DNA from: Atractiella rhizophila
Lineage: Eukaryota
Reading direction: 5' to 3'
Length of the DNA stretch: 62,522 bases
NCBI GenBank assembly: GCA_021432655.1
Contig: MU271454.1
Coordinates: forward strand, 1 to 62,522
Part shown: positions 54,504-62,522 of the stretch, one piece after another
Numbering within the stretch: position 1 is the first letter of the stretch
Layout of the letters: each line of letters opens with the position of its first letter
Translations under genes and position numbers: made by a program
The notes under the pieces: generated by a model
The model's input: only the letters and a program-made list of their open reading frames with translations
Told to the model about the DNA's origin: nothing
Database searches by the model: none

Positions 54504-57184
54504 ATGCCCCTCGAATTCTTCGATCCCTCTTTCTCACAGGAGCAAGTCCAGGCGGTTCGCCGTCAGCCACTATTCTCGAAATCTTTCTTCTCGCTCAAGA
54601 CGAAGAAGTATTACGCCCCCGATGTCGAGCAGAACATCCCTGTCATGCTTCCTCCTCCGGGTCAGCTTCACCTTTTCTCCCTGAGCTTGAGCTGAACCGC
54701 CAGAGTAGAATACGTCTACGTCCCCCTTCCTAAACCAGAACCCGTCTTTGCTTATGAACCCGCGCCACCGTCCTCCGTACCCTCCGGTTATCGAGCGGCA
54801 GTGAGCCCTCGAAGCCAGACAATGGATCATATGGATGGCTTAGAGGACCTGTTTAGGGAGGGAGATAATGTAGAAGATGTGCTGGCAGGATTGCGAGGGG
54901 ACAACGGAAGGAGCGCTGAGGAAACAGCGGCGAGGCTGCAAGAACTGAAGAATCGTCAGTACCACCCACTTTCTCATACACCAGTCCCTCATCTGTTGTG
55001 TTGCAATCGTAGGCTTAAATCGCGATGAAGAGCTTTATAGCAATCTACGCGAAAGGATTCAATCTCAGTCTCAGTCTCAGACCCAATCCAATCCCTCCCA
55101 GCGGAGAGCCCCTTCAATGCGTGCACCTCCTCCACCGCCTTCCATGCCTCCCATGCCCCGTCGAGGCACGGTTCCTGCCCCTCGATCGACTCGGAGCGGT
55201 TCAAGCCTTCCTGCATACAGCTCGCCAGATTTCAAGTTGCCTCCCCTTCCTTCTTCAGATGGCCGCACTGCCATGCCCCCTTTGCCTTCGAGCGACGGTC
55301 GCACGATGTATGCAAGGACAGAAGCAAATTGGGCGGATGATCTGAGGAGTGCGCCTCCGACTGAGATCGGAGAACCACGGAAACGGGCTGCTCCTCTCTT
55401 TCCAGCTGGTCGAGGTGCTGCTGGGAAAGGCAGTGCAGTAAAGAGCAATGACGACGACGAGATCTGGTTCTCAGACGATCCGACTGATCCTCGATTCGAG
55501 CTCAGCAATGACTTCGTTTGCGACATCGACGTACGCGGTTCCATCCAGCGCGTGTGACCTACTAACATTTCTGATCCAGCTTGGACATGGTCAAGAGTTT
55601 CCCACTCTGACACATCTTTTTCACTCGTGCAAATTTCTCGATGAGTCGGATTCTGAAATCATACGGAGGTGCCGAACTGCTGGAGAAGCAGGGGCTATGG
55701 CAGCTAAATTGAAATCTCGAGCGGATTGGCGCTTTGTGCAGGACGCGATCATGCGTGGCGGCTTGGCCATCAAGTTTGGCGATCCTGAGTTGCGAGCGGA
55801 GCTGTTGGATACTTTGGGAAAGAAGCTAATATTCGATTCTGAAGATGCATATTGGGGTCGCGGAAAGGTATTGGCATCTTTCTTACATATATTCGAGGAA
55901 GCTCACGCCTCCATAGGACGGGCAAGGGTTCAACAAACTCGGAGTCTTCCTCATGGAGTTGAGGAATAGGCTGTAGGCATTACCTCCGTCAGTGAGAGCG
56001 ATGATCTGACTCTGAATAGTTGGCAGGATGAGAAGAACGCGTCTACCGATATTGTGGCGACGGCGTTACAGATCGCCCTTCGATTCTCCTATAAACTTGC
56101 GCCAGCTTCTAGCCCTCCCTCGCCTGTTCAAACTCCGAAACCCCCAACGAGAGCACCTACCGAAGTTGAAACAAACACCAAAGTGGATCCTACAAACTCT
56201 GGGGGTGGGTGGGGAATGGGAAGCATCGCCAAAACGTTCACTAACAGCATCAAAAATGCGTTTTCGGATACCGCGAGCGTGTTCGGCGGAGAAGGTCGGG
56301 AGCGTCTCGATGTTGAGGAGGACAAGAAGACAGAGAAGGAGGTCACCTTTGACTTGAAGCGAGAGTATATGAAGGTGCCGAAGAAAGATTCGGATTTAGA
56401 ATCGGTGGCCAGTGAGAGGAAGAAACCCTCCGTCTTTGCTCCTGAAGGCTCTGTCAAAGGAGGGGAGAGCGATGAAAAGCCAACAGATTATCTCAGACGG
56501 GACTACATGAGGGCAGCTTCCCAACCTTCATCACCGAAGGAGACTCCTCTCTCTATTCTGCAAGCACTTTCCCCTCCTAACCCTCCAAACCTGCCAACAT
56601 TCTCCAACCCGACTCAATGGGAGACCTATACTACCTCGCAGACCTCTCAACCTATTGTCGCTCCCACTTCGCAGGTCATTATCATTAATCGTGGCAGCGG
56701 CAACCTCTCACCGGAGGAAGTGCTGTCTCTCGCCGGAATGCGGTCTCCTGGTAAAGGAATCTCGAACGCGGATGGTGATTTGAACCTACAGAACTTTAAT
56801 CAAGCGACAGCGGTAGCTTCGAGAACGGCGCGAGCCCCGAACACAAATTCATCTTCTCGAACGCCTAGTCTCAAAGGTGTCAGCTCAGCTATGCCACAGT
56901 CTCCAAGAAACGTCCCTCTTCCAGCTTCACCAGCCATGAGCACATTGAGCAGTTTTTCGGATCGCCGTCTTGCCCCTGCTGGTGCCCCTGGTCTCAGCTC
57001 ACAAAGGACAGGCAGCCAACTTCCAGCAAACAAGAACCGTCCAGCTAGCAAAGGAAATAGTTCGGGCACTACGACGGATGGTCCATCGAATGTGCAGTAT
57101 CGTTCAGAAGAACCTCAGTACCAACAACCCGATTGGATACCCGACGATGAGAGGTCGTGGAGAAGGGCATTCGTACCCAAGTGA
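54504..57184 (+). CDS. NADAR (YbiA-like) domain protein with long Pro/Ser-rich disordered flanks
   Basis: Central ELSNDF..FPTLTHLFHSCKF..RADW..IMRGGLAIKF..LRAELLDT..LIFDSEDAYWGRGK-DGQGFNKLGVFLMELR; spliced continuity to ORF 56054-57184 is inferred. Confidence 0.75.
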
Positions 57185-57381
57185 TGACTTCCAACTAAAC
57201 ACCATTCATCCGCATTGCAAGAACTTCATTGTCCTTTCATCTTCTGTTGTCAGTGATCCTAGATTGCAACTCTGATACATACGACATGTTACTTCCTACA
57301 GCACATTGAGCACGAAATGCATTGAACTTTTAGCAAAATAATGCGGAGGAGACACGAAAGGACTGGAGTGAAGCTCCTTTG

Positions 57382-62522
<5,141 letters not shown>

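Overview
Eukaryotic DNA from an intron-rich basidiomycete fungus (short GT-AG introns, basidiomycete-type genes and transposons); no CRISPR, rRNA or tRNA genes were recognised. Bases ~3.5-24.8 kb form a nested transposon island. It holds a young, apparently intact Ty3/Gypsy chromovirus (3852-10344, minus strand; 422-bp LTRs, ATATG target-site duplication, gag / -1 frameshift / pol with chromodomain, Tf1-type self-priming PBS) inserted into the gag of an older relative. It also holds a CpG-decayed truncated copy, a solo LTR with TSD, older Gypsy relics, and a tyrosine-recombinase (Ngaro/DIRS-type) retrotransposon with broken RT but intact gag and recombinase. Bases ~26.8-62.5 kb are gene-dense: cyclophilin, dienelactone hydrolase, TAF2 fused to three bromodomains, a small membrane protein, a DcpS-like HIT protein, TFB3/MAT1 head-to-head with RBX1, a ~1-kb tandem duplication, a GTT1-like GST plus a pseudogene copy with an internal inversion, PSY2/PP4R3, TRM10, a degenerate NADAR-domain protein and the 3' part of MEC1/ATR. 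The most novel-looking signals are a duplicated RNA-structure motif with compensatory changes in the chromovirus 3' region, the UAAUG stop-start junction and inverted-repeat ends of the YR element, the NADAR and DcpS proteins with altered catalytic motifs, and an unexplained intergenic structured-RNA candidate. Exon boundaries, alignments and base-pairings were read by eye, and family calls rest on recognised motifs rather than database searches.
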